A stretch of DNA of 64,000 nucleotides from a virus (taxonomy: Duplodnaviria; Caudoviricetes), in IMG/VR virus record IMGVR_UViG_3300014204_000141, positions 1 through 64,000 of that record; one strand, written 5' to 3'. Both the position numbers and the translations under genes were made by a program. This document shows, piece by piece, positions 25,477 to 37,000 of this stretch (positions within the stretch are counted from its first letter, which is position 1; each line of letters starts with the position of its first letter). The notes below the pieces were generated by a model. It was given only the letters and a program-made list of their open reading frames with translations. It had not been told where the DNA came from and did no database searches.

Positions 25477-27912
25477 ATGGATAATAGAAACTATGAAAAT
25501 TTATCTGGTATCGGTTCAACACTAATTGATGAAAATAATAATGGACCGCTTATTGCGGATTTAGGTGACGCTATTTTAATTGTGGGTACGGCAGCACAAG
25601 GTCCTGTTAATCAACCCATTTATAAAACAACACCAAGTGATGTATCGGATTTATTTGGTACTTCAGGTTCTGTTTATAGAGGTTATTGCGAAGCTTTTTA
25701 CGGACCAGGCGGAGGCAAGAACATTGCCTGTGTGCGTATATCTAATGGTGCCTGTGCATCCGTAGACATTCCAGAAAGAATAGAGGCTGGTACTTCGGGT
25801 GTGGCTCAGGAATCATACGATGTTATTAGTGAACGTATTGCCGCTATGACCGTAACAGCGCGATATCCCGGAGATATATACAACCAAGTATCATTTAGGA
25901 CTGAAATTGTGAGTGGATATGTTACTGTTATAGGGTATAATCCCATAACAGAAACGGAATCTACTTTTGTTTATGATCCCAGTGGTCGCAGATCAGGTTC
26001 TGTGGCCAATACAGCGGAATTAGCAGTGGCAATAAATGCCGATACGAACTTAGCCGCTATTGTTATAGCAGTTGTTAATACTATAGATACATCATTTATT
26101 ATTAATTTTAGTGGTGATACTACGGGTTCGCTTTCAACAGATGCTACAAAAACACTGTCTTTAGCCACACTTCTTGATGGTTTAGATTCTGACAAAGATG
26201 GTTTAACTGATAATGCTAATGACGCCATAGTTCCTTCAGGTACACTTGTAACGGCGGGGAATATGTTGGATACTTTAAATGAAGTATATGAAAATGTGGA
26301 TATGGAAACTGAACTTGATGTTGCTGGTAAAGCCGTTGCAACACTTCCTTATCCCATACAAACCAGTGGTGGTACAGCCATACCTTTCCTTACACTTGCC
26401 GGCACCATATCAGGTGATGGTGAGGCCATGCATAAAGTAGTTAATGCGTTTTTAGGTGATGGAAATGGCACTGACACCGAGTTTTCTATGACAGCGTATG
26501 AAGAAGTTGATATAGCAACATTAGTTGTATATCGGACTTCAACATCAGGTGGAGTTGTGGAGTTAACACCAGCGAGTTCGTCATGGGCTGATGGTGTTCT
26601 TACCATTGAATTATCAGCAGCACCCTCAACCGGCACCGTGCTTTCTGTTACATATGATTCTGAGGCGTTTGCTATGGTTCAGGCCACTACACTGACAGCG
26701 TGTTTGGCGTCTAATAGTTATAAAACGTATTTTGTCTCTGGTCAGCGCGTAACATTTGGCACGGCGCAACCAGCGGATTTGGCAATATATTACTCTGCTG
26801 AAAAGACGTATGATATTGATGTTGATGTCAATATAACTGATGCTGAAAATGGCGAAATAACATTTGGTAATCCTTTGAAACAACCAACTGCTACATCAGT
26901 TTTATATATAAGTTATACATATTATCCGGAATGGGTGGATTTATCTACGGCGCGGTCTCTACAATACGGTACTGATGGTATGACTATGACCAATAAACAG
27001 AAGTATGATCTATTAACAGATTTATACGATGATATTTCCGATTTTAAGACCGATTGTGTGGTTTTGATGGATACGTATGTAGATGATGTTAAAGTTGATT
27101 ATGACGAAGATACGGGTCTTCCTGTTGAGATTAACGCTGGCTTCGCGCCACAGTTAGAGGTTTACCTTGAGGGGCTTCAGGAACGCGTCAATGAAACTTA
27201 TGGAGTTTTAGCAATAAAACCACCAACGTCTTATACTTTAGCTGGTATTAAGACATGGGTGGATAAGGCAACGGTTATATCTTCTACTGATCTTGCCAGA
27301 GCCGCGAATGTTATGGCGGCAGCGGACTGGAAGCTCATTAATATTTGCGCTTTTAACGCTTATGTATCTAATGATGCTTTTCCCTCACCTTATGTGAGTA
27401 CGGGCGCGGGTTTATATGCGGGATTGGTGTCTAAACTTCCTATAACTTCGGCTGCGACTAATAAGTCGTTGGGAACACAAGTTATTGGATTTAAGTTTAA
27501 ATTATCTTCTAGTCAGGCTAACGCTCTTGCCGGGGCCAGATATGTAACCACAGAACAAAACTCCGATGGCAGTTGGGTTATTACAGACGCGCCTACAGCG
27601 GCGTTAACAACAAGTGATTACACCAGGCTTTCGACAATTAAAGTTGTATTTACCGCAATAGATTTGGTTAGAGTTATAGCCAAACCCTATATTGGTAATT
27701 TGTTTGCCGCACCTAAGAAACTAGCATTTCAGACTGCTTTAGACGGCGCTTTTGCTACTTTACAGAAATCAGGAGCTCTTAATTACGGTGTTGCGGAGTT
27801 ACAACAAACATCGGCTGAGGAACTAGATGGCGATGGTAGAGTTTTAATGAGTCTTGATGTTCCTGGTGAATTGAGAAGAATTAATATAATAGTAAAATTA
27901 ATAAAGAAGTAA
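25477..27912 (+). CDS. contractile tail sheath protein
   Basis: IVGTA.QGPVNQP, ARYPG...N, YAGL.S.L, ATNK, C-terminal YIG and VPGELRRI; acidic beta insertions. Confidence 0.9.
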   Translation: MDNRNYENLSGIGSTLIDENNNGPLIADLGDAILIVGTAAQGPVNQPIYKTTPSDVSDLFGTSGSVYRGYCEAFYGPGGGKNIACVRISNGACASVDIPERIEAGTSGVAQESYDVISERIAAMTVTARYPGDIYNQVSFRTEIVSGYVTVIGYNPITETESTFVYDPSGRRSGSVANTAELAVAINADTNLAAIVIAVVNTIDTSFIINFSGDTTGSLSTDATKTLSLATLLDGLDSDKDGLTDNANDAIVPSGTLVTAGNMLDTLNEVYENVDMETELDVAGKAVATLPYPIQTSGGTAIPFLTLAGTISGDGEAMHKVVNAFLGDGNGTDTEFSMTAYEEVDIATLVVYRTSTSGGVVELTPASSSWADGVLTIELSAAPSTGTVLSVTYDSEAFAMVQATTLTACLASNSYKTYFVSGQRVTFGTAQPADLAIYYSAEKTYDIDVDVNITDAENGEITFGNPLKQPTATSVLYISYTYYPEWVDLSTARSLQYGTDGMTMTNKQKYDLLTDLYDDISDFKTDCVVLMDTYVDDVKVDYDEDTGLPVEINAGFAPQLEVYLEGLQERVNETYGVLAIKPPTSYTLAGIKTWVDKATVISSTDLARAANVMAAADWKLINICAFNAYVSNDAFPSPYVSTGAGLYAGLVSKLPITSAATNKSLGTQVIGFKFKLSSSQANALAGARYVTTEQNSDGSWVITDAPTAALTTSDYTRLSTIKVVFTAIDLVRVIAKPYIGNLFAAPKKLAFQTALDGAFATLQKSGALNYGVAELQQTSAEELDGDGRVLMSLDVPGELRRINIIVKLIKK

Positions 27913-27924
27913 AGGAGGATTTTT

Positions 27925-28584
27925 ATGACTTCATTATCTACAACTACAGGCACATATAGCGTAATTACTGGTACTGATATTATATCTATGTTTAATGATC
28001 AGATATTGGCTAATATGCAGGCTGTTTCTTATAGTATTACACGTCAGAAAGCACCAATATATTGTATGGGCGATACAAACCCCAAAGGTATAGCACGGTC
28101 TAAACGTGGTATTGCTGGATCTCTGATTATGACAACTTTTGATAGACATGTTTTATCTGATTTCATGGCCGCTTCTAGATTTTCGGCTAAAAAAGACAGT
28201 ATAGTATTGACAAAGGTAAATCCATATTATAATGGAAATGTAGGAACATCATATGGTAGAGATTTGTTAACACAGCAAAATCCAGGAGATACGGTTACTC
28301 TTGCTTCTGCACCCGATTCAAGTCTCGCTACAAATACCATAGCTAAATCTGCACCGCCAATGTTTACTGATGAATTGCTTCCATTTGATATTACATTAAT
28401 GGGTTCAAACGAATATGGTGTTCAGTCCATGATGAGGGTTTTTGGTGTGGAGATACTTAATGAGGGTAGTGGATATTCAATAGATGATACTTCGAATGAG
28501 GTTCAGTTTACTTATATAGCTAGACTCGTTTCGCCATGGATTCCTCAGGCTGCTGTTGAAGTTTCAGCTGGCCAAGTTAGGTAA
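27925..28584 (+). CDS. tail tube protein
   Basis: Follows the sheath; Q.VSYSI.R.KAP.Y.MG...P.G..R.KR.IAGSL, PFDI, G.EILNEG..SIDD. Confidence 0.8.
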   Translation: MTSLSTTTGTYSVITGTDIISMFNDQILANMQAVSYSITRQKAPIYCMGDTNPKGIARSKRGIAGSLIMTTFDRHVLSDFMAASRFSAKKDSIVLTKVNPYYNGNVGTSYGRDLLTQQNPGDTVTLASAPDSSLATNTIAKSAPPMFTDELLPFDITLMGSNEYGVQSMMRVFGVEILNEGSGYSIDDTSNEVQFTYIARLVSPWIPQAAVEVSAGQVR

Positions 28585-28586
28585 AA

Positions 28587-29231
28587 ATGAATGGTTCTAT
28601 ATTAGAAGAAAAAGATGCAATATGGAATTATTCCGAAAACAGTTCTTATAGTGGATGCGATATTATTCCTTATGTTTACGGTATAAATCCATCAACTAAT
28701 GAGAGAAAATTATTTGCTGTTGGAAATTTAATGACGGTGGCATACAGTATACATAGAGATGCCGGCGCGGTACGGACACTAGGTCGTTCCCTTCCCAAAG
28801 GGTTTGGCAGAGGTCCTTATACTATTGCCGGCTCTCTTATTTTTAGTGTATTCAATGAACGAGCACTATATGAATTATCGTCAAGAAATAGTAAGGATCA
28901 AACACAATTTTTAGCTGGATCTCTTCCGGGGTTTGATATATACTTGCATTTTACTAATGAATACGGTGTGTATTCATCTTTGATAATAAGGAATGTTCGC
29001 ATATTAGACGAAGGTCAAAGTCATAGCATTAATGACGCGTATATAGAAAACGTTATGGGTTATATAGCTGGTGATATAGACATGTTAAAACCTGTTGATA
29101 ACAAAATTATGAATGCGGCCACGTTTCATGCTTCTAATGGCATAGTAGATTCTAAATTAAGTAATATATTCGATTATTCGTACCTACCCACACAAAGTCC
29201 TGACGACAACATATCCGTAACCGAACTTTAA
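28587..29231 (+). CDS. tail tube paralogue 2
   Basis: YSIHR....LG...PKG..RG...IAGSLIF, FDI...F.NEYG, ILDEGQ..SIND align with 27925. Confidence 0.75.
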   Translation: MNGSILEEKDAIWNYSENSSYSGCDIIPYVYGINPSTNERKLFAVGNLMTVAYSIHRDAGAVRTLGRSLPKGFGRGPYTIAGSLIFSVFNERALYELSSRNSKDQTQFLAGSLPGFDIYLHFTNEYGVYSSLIIRNVRILDEGQSHSINDAYIENVMGYIAGDIDMLKPVDNKIMNAATFHASNGIVDSKLSNIFDYSYLPTQSPDDNISVTEL

Positions 29232-29249
29232 TAAAAAACATTTTTAGTG

Positions 29250-29265
29250 TATATAATATCTTATG
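29250..29265 (+). promoter_or_regulatory. TATATAATATCTT-ATG promoter abutting a start codon
   Basis: Shared ATATAATATnTTATGG motif. Confidence 0.55.
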
Positions 29266-30018
29266 GGGAATGAAAACGAAGAACTTATTAAACGTCTTCA
29301 AGCCACAACGTATTGGGAAGATTATTATACCGGTGTTGATGCTGTAATAATGATCAATGGTGAGTGGGTTGCCGATACTGTAACAATTCAGTATTCTCTT
29401 GTCAGTAATAAATCCCCATTATATGGATATATGTCCACTACATTCGATGCCGTAGCTAAAGGCACAGAAATTGTTCAGGGCCAACTTACAATAGCGTTTA
29501 CTGAACCCGGATATTTATATAAACTTTTAAGTGATGATACTGACAAATCCTGGATAACGGGGTTTTTGGATTCTAGTAAAGACGGTGTAACTATTGATAC
29601 TTCACCTCTTCACTACGCCTATGATTCTAAAGGTATTGACCCTGAAGGATTTAAGATTGTTGTTAATTATGGCGATCCATCCCGAAGTGTCAGAGGTGGT
29701 ACAGCCGAGGTATTAAATGGTGTACATTTAACGTCTGTAAGTAAGGTTTTGGAACCAACTGGTGAACCCATAGTTGAAGTTTATAGTTTTTTTGCTAATA
29801 ATTGTAATAAAGTTAAACCGTTAGTTATGTCTGAACAGGTTAAAGGCGGGTTACAATTTATGGAAGCTCAAGTCAGTGCTGATGCCAATGCTGAAGTTGG
29901 TGATGCGATTGCTGAGGCGGCAGATATAAAGGACAAAGCTGATGCTGAAGCCGCTCGACAGAGTATAATACAAGCAACAGATAAATTGGATGAAATGTTA
30001 GGACCAATATATAAATAG
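29263..30018 (+). CDS. tail tube paralogue 3 / tube initiator
   Basis: Y.G.D....ING, IQYS....K.PLYGY, G..IVQGQL; divergent tube family. Confidence 0.65.
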   Translation: MGNENEELIKRLQATTYWEDYYTGVDAVIMINGEWVADTVTIQYSLVSNKSPLYGYMSTTFDAVAKGTEIVQGQLTIAFTEPGYLYKLLSDDTDKSWITGFLDSSKDGVTIDTSPLHYAYDSKGIDPEGFKIVVNYGDPSRSVRGGTAEVLNGVHLTSVSKVLEPTGEPIVEVYSFFANNCNKVKPLVMSEQVKGGLQFMEAQVSADANAEVGDAIAEAADIKDKADAEAARQSIIQATDKLDEMLGPIYK

Positions 30019-30026
30019 GAGGAGTT

Positions 30027-30383
30027 ATGACAGAGATGATTGTAGGGTCACAAAGCACCAAGGAATGGATAGAGGATCAGAAGAAAGCATGGGGCGATGT
30101 TTATAAGGTTACTGAAGCCGGAGTTGATTACTTTTATAGATCTGTTTCTAGAGCAGAGTATAAAGATATTAGACAGGAACTGGCAGTGTTAATGTCAGAT
30201 AAAACCGATCCCAATGCCGATTTAGTAGCTGAGGAAAAGATAGTTAAAAAGTGTTTGCTTGCTCCTACTGATATAGATGCGATATTTAAAAAAGCTGGAA
30301 TTGTATCTTTACTTGCGGCTCATATTTTTGAGGTTTCGGGTTTTCTTCAACCCAGTGAAGTCTCAGAACCGGAGAAATTGTGA
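30027..30383 (+). CDS. tail assembly chaperone-like protein 1
   Basis: Small; lies between tube and tape-measure genes; K..WGDVY......Y.YR..SR.EY; GGAGGAG RBS. Confidence 0.6.
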   Translation: MTEMIVGSQSTKEWIEDQKKAWGDVYKVTEAGVDYFYRSVSRAEYKDIRQELAVLMSDKTDPNADLVAEEKIVKKCLLAPTDIDAIFKKAGIVSLLAAHIFEVSGFLQPSEVSEPEKL

Positions 30384-30389
30384 TTATGT

Positions 30390-31025
30390 ATGGATGCCGA
30401 AATCAAAAAATGGAAGGAACTATATAAAGATGTTTTTAAAATTACTATTAGAGATGAAACATTTATATATAGAACGCTTAATGTTGGTGAGGCTATTAAT
30501 GCGGTAAAAGCAATTCAACTCAATGATGGTAAAGGTTTGCAGGATGCAGCACTCAAAGCAGTGTTGCATCCTCTTTCTTTTTCTTATGATGGGAATCCTT
30601 TTGCTGGAGATGTTTTAATTGAAAAAATTGTAGAGTCATCGCCTATTTGTAGTAGAGATGGGTGTAAGGAATTAATTAAACAATCACACATTAATGTTAA
30701 TTCATTTTATCACGATATCATGCATTGGCAATTGGGTGTGATGATGGTTTTTCCTGGTTATACATTAGATGTTTTATCTAATATGAGACCGGATAAATTT
30801 TTTGAGTTATTAGTAGTGGCGGAAAAAGTCTCGGGGAAACCAATAATTAATTATAATAAATTAGGAATGAATCAGAAAAATGTTGCTAATGCTAAGAAAC
30901 GTGACCACACACCACAACATACAGAAACAAAACTACCAGAACATACAAAATTGACACATCAACAGATTATAGATGCTGCTATTAAAGCATCAGAAGACGA
31001 TTTAAGACATCACATGCGAGAATAA
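30390..31025 (+). CDS. tail assembly chaperone-like protein 2 (paralogue)
   Basis: N-terminus resembles the previous ORF (WKELYKDVF......FIYR.L...E); same reading frame. Confidence 0.55.
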   Translation: MDAEIKKWKELYKDVFKITIRDETFIYRTLNVGEAINAVKAIQLNDGKGLQDAALKAVLHPLSFSYDGNPFAGDVLIEKIVESSPICSRDGCKELIKQSHINVNSFYHDIMHWQLGVMMVFPGYTLDVLSNMRPDKFFELLVVAEKVSGKPIINYNKLGMNQKNVANAKKRDHTPQHTETKLPEHTKLTHQQIIDAAIKASEDDLRHHMRE

Positions 31026-31026
31026 A

Positions 31027-34000
31027 ATGGGAATAGCAGAACAATATACAGATCCTTACGAACGACAAAAAGCAGACCAATATGGAGGCAAACCTCAGTC
31101 CGGTGTTGGTTCTGTTGTGGGTCCATTACTTAAAAACGTGGCGGTGTTTTGGATAGCACAACAGGCGCTGAAAATTCTACTTCCTGCTGCTGGGAAGGTT
31201 TTAGGCGGTATTGGTAGAGAAGTTGGTGCTTTTAAATTAGGCGGAACGCCAATAAGTGAAAGATTTGTACCGGCTGCAAATTATATAAAACAACTACGAA
31301 CAACATTCTCTCCTGAAAATATGACCCGGACGTTTGGAAAGGGTGAGGGTGATCAATTATTTAAATGGAAAACTGATGTTGAAAAGAGTCATACGGATTG
31401 GGTTAAGAATTGGGATAGACGTCGCGACGAATTAAAATCTTTTAGAGGTTCACCGGATTATTTTTTTAAATCTTTAGAACAAAATTCTAAGGCATATTTA
31501 AGTTATAGTAGGGATCGCATTTCCAGTTTTTGGACTTCAGGTCATTTATCTCAACGTCTTGCTGGTAAGTTTTTAACAGCGGGCCCAAAATATATGGAGA
31601 ATATGGCCGAATTCTATTTCATAGACCAATCTCTTCAATTATTTCATAAACAACCCAGGGGCGAAAAGCAACCTTCACTGTTAAACATACCCAAACAATT
31701 TCAGAATTATTTTAAATATAGTATGGAAATGTTACCAATTCAATTGTTAATTGATTCAGTTGGTCCGGTTTGGGGTTTAGCCAGAGAAGGATTGGTAAGT
31801 GCGGGTTCGTCTATATTCAACAAATTAAAATTTAGTAAATACGCGCCTAAAATAATCAAACCTGTAGATGAATTTGTAGGCAAACTAATAGCAACAGCAG
31901 AGGGATTGCATGAAGGTTATGGTTCATATAAAAAATTAATTAAAAAAAGAAGCGATTATGTTGATAAAGATTTTATACGAAAGAATATAGGAGAAGCTAG
32001 ATCAGCTTTTCTTAAGAAATACAATGATAAAATACGCGATTTTAAAGATAGACGTGAAAACCCTTTTTATGAAATCACCAATTTAATCAAAACCGTATAT
32101 GGTTCAGAACATATTCAGGGTCTCCCTGTTAGAAGCAAACAAAAACTAAGAGATAAAAAATCTGATGTTAGTAAAGAATATATACGGTCAAAAGTTGATA
32201 TTATTAAAGAGGGTATGCTTTGGCCCTATAAAGACACACATAAAAGTTATTGGTTGCGCATGTTTTCTGCCAAAAAAGGTATTGCTGATAATGCCGACTT
32301 ATTGAATAAACTTCAATCAGAAATAGGAGGTCTTAATCTTGGTGATAAATTTTTATCAGAAAAAAGACAAATACTTTCTGAAGTAAAAAAATTAGCCAAA
32401 TCTGGTATGCCGGTTTTGGGAAAGAATTTTACCAATATTGGTGGTGATATTGTCAGCACGCACAATATAAATCCGTTTACTATTGGAAAACGGATATGGA
32501 ATTATGCTGAAGAACACGGTCCAACTATTTTTGGTGTGAATCCTCTTACAGCTCTACATGTAGATACATGGCTTGATCCAAAAGCAACGAGTTTTGAGTA
32601 CTTAAAAGGTGATAAGGATATTATAGGTATTAATGCCTTAAATACAGAACGTAATAAAGCTTTTACATCTGGTCTTCCAACGACTGGCAATAAAGGATAT
32701 GGATATAATGTATCGGAAAGCGGAGAACTGATTTTTGGTGAAAGTGGTGGTTTGAAACTTGGTGGTCAGGTTTTTGTTGGAATTCAACCTAAAAAAGGCC
32801 AAATGAGTTATTTGCGCGTATATAAAAATCCTTATTTTAATAATACGGGAACAGCGTCAGGTCCACGAAGTCTTCTTAGTGACGTGTTTAAAAATATGAT
32901 GGGTTTGCTCAGTACCCGTTATTCTAATAATTCTGAAAATTTTATTAGACGCGTTGAAAGTCTTTCCACTCAAGATGCCATAGAAAGTCTAAGTAAAAGA
33001 CCTGGTGTTGCTAAAGTTATTAATTTTCTTCACGCTGACAATTTGGTAAAGAAAATTGGTAGTGATTGGACACCTAAGAATATTATAAATTTTTGGGATT
33101 TGCGTGGTGCTATAGGAAACGTGCATCGCGTTGGTGAAATTGCTCAAGGCGTATTTCAAAAATTTCATCAACCCAGCACAGATATTCAAGTTTCTCCTTA
33201 TTTCTTTAGGGATATGATGGGTAGAGGCCGTCGCGGTGGTTTGTCGTTTTCAGAACAAAAAAGTTTATTAACTACTGCTGATACTATTCTTGCTACGTCC
33301 AATAGAGAGTTTAGTGAGATTTTAAAAGATAACTATACTTTGTCTCGTAATTTGTATGGTAAGGAATTACCGGGAACTCTTGAGGAAATGAATGTTGAAC
33401 TAAAACGACTTCATGATTTTTCTGCTACAGCCGCAAAAGGTAATTTAATAGCGCAAGAATACAAAAGGACTGGCCTCGAACATATTTATCAGGGAATTCA
33501 TACCACACATGATCTCTCACTTTTTTCTTCACCTGCGGGCCGCGCCAATGAAAAGCTAAGTGGTCGCGAACAACTAATGGAGTTGTTGTTGACTGAAAAA
33601 TTTTTACAAAATGGGGAAAAAGATTTTGTAAAAACGTTTAATGATTCGGTTAAAACGCAAGTCAGAACTGGTGTTTTGAGTGAAGATGAAGCTGTTCATG
33701 CTCAATTATGGGGTGTGGAGAAAATTTTTAGAAATAAAACAGAGGGATATGGCGCGATAGGAATTGAGAGTCAAACTAAATTAGAACCCATAACCACGGA
33801 TGCTATTAGATTTTTGAAGGATTATATTGAACCTATTAGTAAAGCTGGAATTAAAAATATAAATCCATGGACGCCTGTATTTGATCCTGGCAACATTTCG
33901 GGAACATCATTAATTGACACATCACCATCTCATCTATCTCTAACTCCATATGTAAATAGCGCTTTAACATTTAACTTCAAAGGAAAAAATGTTAATACGT

Positions 34001-37000
34001 CAGCAGTGGATACTATATCATCTGCTTTTGCTATGCGGTTTCAGCGGTTGAGCAGTTTTGTTTTGGGGTTGGATATAACTAAATATAAAACAGGTTTAAA
34101 TTATTTAGTTGGCGGTGTGTTAAAGAATAGAATGATGCCTGCGGTTGTGGGGTTGTGGGGGTTGGATAAAATTAACACCTTTGGTTTTGATATGAATCCT
34201 CTTCTGTCCGGCTCTAGTCTGGACGAAGGTGTTGATGTATTTGCCGCAGAAAAAACAATACAAGCCCGTGTGGGGTTAGCTAAAGCATATGACGTCTTGG
34301 GAATAACAGAATCAGCTAAATACACAGAAGGTTTATTTCCAGGTCTTATTGACAGTCCGTTAATGCGGGGTGTGCGCGGTGCATTGCTGCCATTGATTGG
34401 TGGTGCGAAAATTGGTATGTCCGCGGGTGGTCCTGCTGGTGGTTTGTTGGGTATTAGCGTAGGGTTGACATTAGCAGGCCTTCAAGGGTTTGGCACGTTC
34501 GATTTAACCAAATCTGCGGCTGAATTGAAGGATATTTATAGTGGAAGAGAAGAGGTGCCGGTTAAAAGCGGAAGATGGTGGCCTATAAGCAGCACGCCAT
34601 TTTCTGGCACGCGGATAAAATATTTCCGCCCACATGGCTTTGCTCGTTTAAAAAGTAAATACAGAGAAACACCAGAAACATACGGTTCGCCTTTAGAACA
34701 GTTTTTATTTGCGCCCATACCAGTTTTTGGTTTTAATCCCTTGGAGATGATATTTGATAGCGGTCATTATGAGAAGAGGAAGATGTACAGTTTTCCATAT
34801 CCAGCGCGATCCATTCCGTTTGAAGACGTACCTATAGCTGGTACTATTCTGTCAGCGGCAGTGAGTCCAATATGGGGTGGTGGCAAAGGATATAGAAATG
34901 TTGATGTTGAAAATGCTATTCAAGGCTCTTCCGGTGGTAGTGGATTTGGCATATCTCAAGGTGGTGGGGGTTGGGCTGAAACAGCGTCATCTTCATCATT
35001 AAAATTTCAACCCGTTTCTGCTAATTCTTATGGTCAGATGTTGGATCAAAGCATTTATGGTGTTACGGAGATGATAGGTCTTCATGGTTTTATTGGTCAG
35101 ACACTATCAGAAAAGTTGTTAGGATTTCAACAACCGTTTGATAGTCAATTAGTCATGGCCAATTCTGGTGAAATGTTTTCGGCGCGACGACAGTATTGGG
35201 ATTTGAATTTAGGAGATCCCACGGGATTGGGTGAAATACCAAGACGATTCCTACCCAGACAAAGAAATTTAAATCTTTATAATCCCCTGACTAATGCCGT
35301 ACCGAATTGGATGCCCGATGAGTGGAAAGTGGGTAGTAGCCTTGCAAAAATACCAGAAGCGGAATTTTTATTATCGGGTGAAGGATACCAGAGCGCTCAC
35401 GATGTTTCTATAGACTTTCCCTATTCTGCGGAATTATTGGGTTTGCCACCCTCAGAAGTCGCAAGGGTTATGACGGGTTTGTATCAAAGAAACGGTTCTA
35501 AATTTTCTAAAAATAGTCTGTCTCGCGACAACCTTTCAATTAAAATAATGGCTAATATGTATGATCCCAGAAACAACATAAGTGGGTCGTCATCGTCAGT
35601 AATAAGTTCAGGTCCAGGCAAAATGACTGAAATTATAAAAAATATCGAAGATATGGGCCAATACAGTGGTGTGACTAACACCGACATATCCGAGACCAAT
35701 TTTTATTTAAGACAGACGGGTTCTCCGGCTGGGCTACTGACTTATATGTATCAGGGCAAACCCATATCTTCAACACCTGTAAAATATTCACGAGAACGAT
35801 ATGAGTATGATATTGAAGCTGTTCAAAAAGGACGTTCTATAGCAAAAGAAATGCTTGATCGAGGCGTTGGTTTTAGTGGTGAGGGTTATTCTTATATTGA
35901 TAGGTTAGATATTTTGGCCAATACGTCACCATACAGTGAAGAATTTCATCAAGTTGAGGGTATAGTTAAAAAACAAATAGAACATGGAGCTGATCTTCAA
36001 GACCGATTAGATAAGATTCAGAGAAAACGTGCGGCGATTATGAGATCTGGGGATACGTACTCATATCGTTTTAACATTGGTAAGATTTTAACACCAGATA
36101 CAACATATAATAACACTAGCATGAACACTAATATTAAAGCTGCGGCTGATTACACGTTTACAGAAAGAATGATGGCGAGCGGCTGGGAAATGTTCGCTCA
36201 TAGTAGTAATCCTATATCCGCAAAATTCATGAACATTAGATCTCCATTAGAAGCATATCAAAGAGATATGATTTATGGTAGGCAGATGAAGATGTGGAAT
36301 CACCCTCTTTCGCATTGGGCTGATGCATATAGTCGGGGTTTTTTAAGTAAAACCAATCCTATTTCTGGAGCCGTAGCAGGTGCTACAGCAGGTACCATAG
36401 CTGGTGGTGCGGGGTTGGGTACATTTCTTGGCGGTGTTGGGGGTGGAATTTACGGAACAGTTCATGGTATATACAGATCAGTAACAAACACAACATATAT
36501 CCCCGAATCGATAGAGAAAATTAGAAATACCAATGAGTTTTTTGATGTTTTAAAATATACTAAAAATAAGATGTTATATAATGAGACTCAGAACCCCGAA
36601 TATGAATTAGAAGCACAAAATACTATGGTGGGACTTACACCTGATGATCTCACAGCAAAAGGATTTAGTAATTTTTTTAGAGCTTCTGGTAGTCAGGAAC
36701 GGCCTTATTTAATGCAGTTTTTACAAGAAAAAGATGAGACTGAACGCGCGCGGATTCTCAATTATGTTCCTAAAAATGTAGGTGCTATATTAAGAGCAAA
36801 GTGGGGAAAGATGGATGGTGTGCAAGTTTATGTTAATAGAAGCGCCGATGTTACTCTACCTGACCAAAACTGGCAGGGTTATAACGCAGACGTTAATCTT
36901 GAAGATGTTAAACTGAAAGTTGTTGAACGCCAGGGTGCGGACGCGCATGATTATGGTTTGGGTTTTAAAGATCAGCAATTTAGAGTTCAAAATCAACCTT

